Assembly (NCBI RefSeq): GCF_036321535.1
Contig: NC_087454.1
Span: 21,018,001-21,082,000, forward strand
Reading direction: 5' to 3'
DNA length: 64,000 nucleotides
DNA from: Camelus dromedarius
Lineage: Eukaryota
The stretch's first letter is position 1. Every line of letters starts with the position of its first letter. This document shows positions 62,101 to 64,000 of this stretch, piece after piece. The notes below the pieces were generated by a model. It searched no databases and was not told where the DNA came from. It saw only the letters and a list, made by a program, of their open reading frames with translations. A program made the translations under genes and the position numbers.

Positions 62101-63700
62101 CTTTGGAAACATTAAGACAGTCTAGGGAACTATAATTATTAAAAAGACATGCTAAGAATCCAGCAGTTTTGTTTTTCTTTTAATAAGTTAATAAGGGAGC
62201 AGAATTCCAAACTGAGGTATGGAAATCACTGAGAGACAAACTCATACATATACAGGAACCTAATATAGAATAAAATTTCTGCTATAAAATAATGGGGACA
62301 TTATGGAATATTTAATACGTATTATTAGAAAAAAAATGGCTCTCAATATAAAAAGAAAAACAAAGCTAGATCCTGATCTAATGGCACATACAATAGACTA
62401 AGGTGAGGTGAAGCCACAAAAGAAAAATGTGAAACTTTAACTGTAATAAAACAAAACATAAAAATTATCTTTGTGACCAGGGACAGGGAAGGATTTCTTT
62501 ATATAAAACCCCCAAAATCATACTGAGAAATATTTTATTATTTCATTATGTCAAAACTGAAGGTTTTTTTTAATAAACAGAGATAAAGGACAACTCTAAT
62601 AAACAAGTAACAGAATAAGAGAGGATATTTACATTGTCTAAAACCAACCAGGGATATTATTGAGAATATACAATGAACTGCTGCAAATCAACAACAAAAA
62701 TGTGGCAACTCCTAAAGAAAAATGCACCAAGGACACAGACGTGGACTTTACAGAAGAGAAAAACAAAAAGGTAACAAGCATTTGAAGAGATAAGGTCAAC
62801 AATAATCACAGGAAAACAAATGTATACATTAATTCATAACTAATAGACTGAAAAACATTAGACAGTTAGATAATGACAAATGTTAGTGAGGAAACAGGGG
62901 TGAAGGAAGCCTCCTGCTCTGCTTGTGGAAATATAAACTGGTGTGGCATTGTAGACAGAATTCTGTGACACCTAATCAAGTGAAAAACATCCTAGGCAGT
63001 TTTAAAGGATACCTTTTCTTCTGTAACCCAGCACAGATACAGATGGGAGCCAAACCTAGGGTTTGATGATAAAGGTTGTGAAGTTGTAGAGCAATTAATT
63101 GCTTAACCCCACTAAGGTAAGGCCACTGGTTGGGATGGATTTGAGCCCTGAGATATGAAATGGGGACATATGAGCAGACATAGAGAAATCTGAGAAGCGA
63201 AAATCACCGTATCCCCCAAAACATCTTTGCTGGAAGAAGATAACTGGATTAGTTATCTATTGTTGTGTCATACCCCTGCATTAGTTACCTATTGCTGTGT
63301 AACAAATGACACTGTAACGTAACAGCTTAAAATACAAACATTTACTATTGGGAATTATTGGGACAATAGGGGAAATTTGAATACAGATGGTATATTTGAT
63401 AATAGTATGTCAATGTTAAGTATCTTGGAGGTGATGATGTTACGATGGTCATGTTGAGAAATGTCCTCGTTCTTAAAATACACAGGCCAATCTATTTCAA
63501 GGTAAAGTGTCATAATGTCCAAAAATTTTCTCAAATGGCTTACCAAAACAGTCCCTCAACAGTAAAGAGATAAATAAAATGTAGTATATTGATACATTAG
63601 AATACTGTATAAGTAAAACATATTAATGAATTACTGATGCAACAACATGGATAAATCTCATAGAAATAATACTGAGGGAAGAAGCCAGACACATGCAAAA
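59200..63700 (+). mobile_element. Long decayed old L1 (GC-rich 5' part, ORF2 remnants, 3' part) with LTR fragments inserted near the end
   Basis: aggacatttactgaaatggaatatgc (endonuclease), cccagatagttctgcaggtgagttc, and gcaacaacatggataaatctca. A-rich sense strand with no ORF. Boundaries approximate. Confidence 0.7.
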
Positions 63701-63709
63701 ATACACAAT

Positions 63710-63935
63710 ATTTGTTTTAGTTTTCTATTGTTGTGGAGCAAACCACCCCTAAACTTTGTGGCTTAAAACAAAAACAGTCATGTTATTATTTCTTGTGAGT
63801 CCATGGGTTAACAGGACTTTAAGAACCACTGATATAAGAATGTGAAAACAAATATGTGTATGCATATGTACTGAAACATTATGCTGTACACCAGAAACTG
63901 ACACATTGTAACTGACTATATTTCAGTTTTAAAAA
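63710..63935 (+). mobile_element. MLT1-like LTR fragment followed by a short young L1 3' tail
   Basis: ttagttttctattgttgtggagcaaaccacccctaaactttgtggcttaaaacaa, then atgctgtacaccagaaactgacacattgtaactgactata. Confidence 0.6.
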
Positions 63936-64000
63936 ATACAGCCACTGGTGTAGCCCATGAACCAAAGCCCTTACTCACGGCAGCCACTCCACACAGCACC

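Noticed and set aside
58000-64000. HLA-Z-like class I fragment, PPP1R2 pseudogene or DMB downstream of PSMB9
   Set aside because: Only MIR, old L1 and LTR fragments are recognisable, with no such exons.

Overview
Mammalian MHC class II region. The species is most likely a camelid, inferred from tRNA-Ala-derived vic-1-type SINEs and cetartiodactyl-type L1 3' ends. Gene order is DYB-like class II beta pseudogene (-), DOB (-), TAP2 (-), PSMB8 (-), TAP1 (-) and PSMB9 (+), with TAP1 and PSMB9 sharing a bidirectional promoter. I traced all exons by hand, and all splice sites are GT-AG. DOB (273 aa), TAP2 (719 aa), PSMB8 (276 aa), TAP1 (746 aa) and PSMB9 (219 aa) have open frames. The DYB-like gene keeps its exon architecture and X/Y promoter boxes but carries three in-frame stops. 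The remainder is L1, L2, MIR, ERVL/MaLR LTRs, SINEs and microsatellites. The most notable observations are the DY-lineage pseudogene outside ruminants, a frameshift-extended TAP2 C-terminus, a 56-bp identical block shared by TAP1 and TAP2 at the Walker A exon, a 47-bp duplication and an X-box in the TAP1/PSMB9 promoter, and convergent CTCF motifs around the antigen-processing genes. Comparisons with human and bovine orthologues and repeat family names come from memory, not from a database search. I did not find a wholly new biological system.
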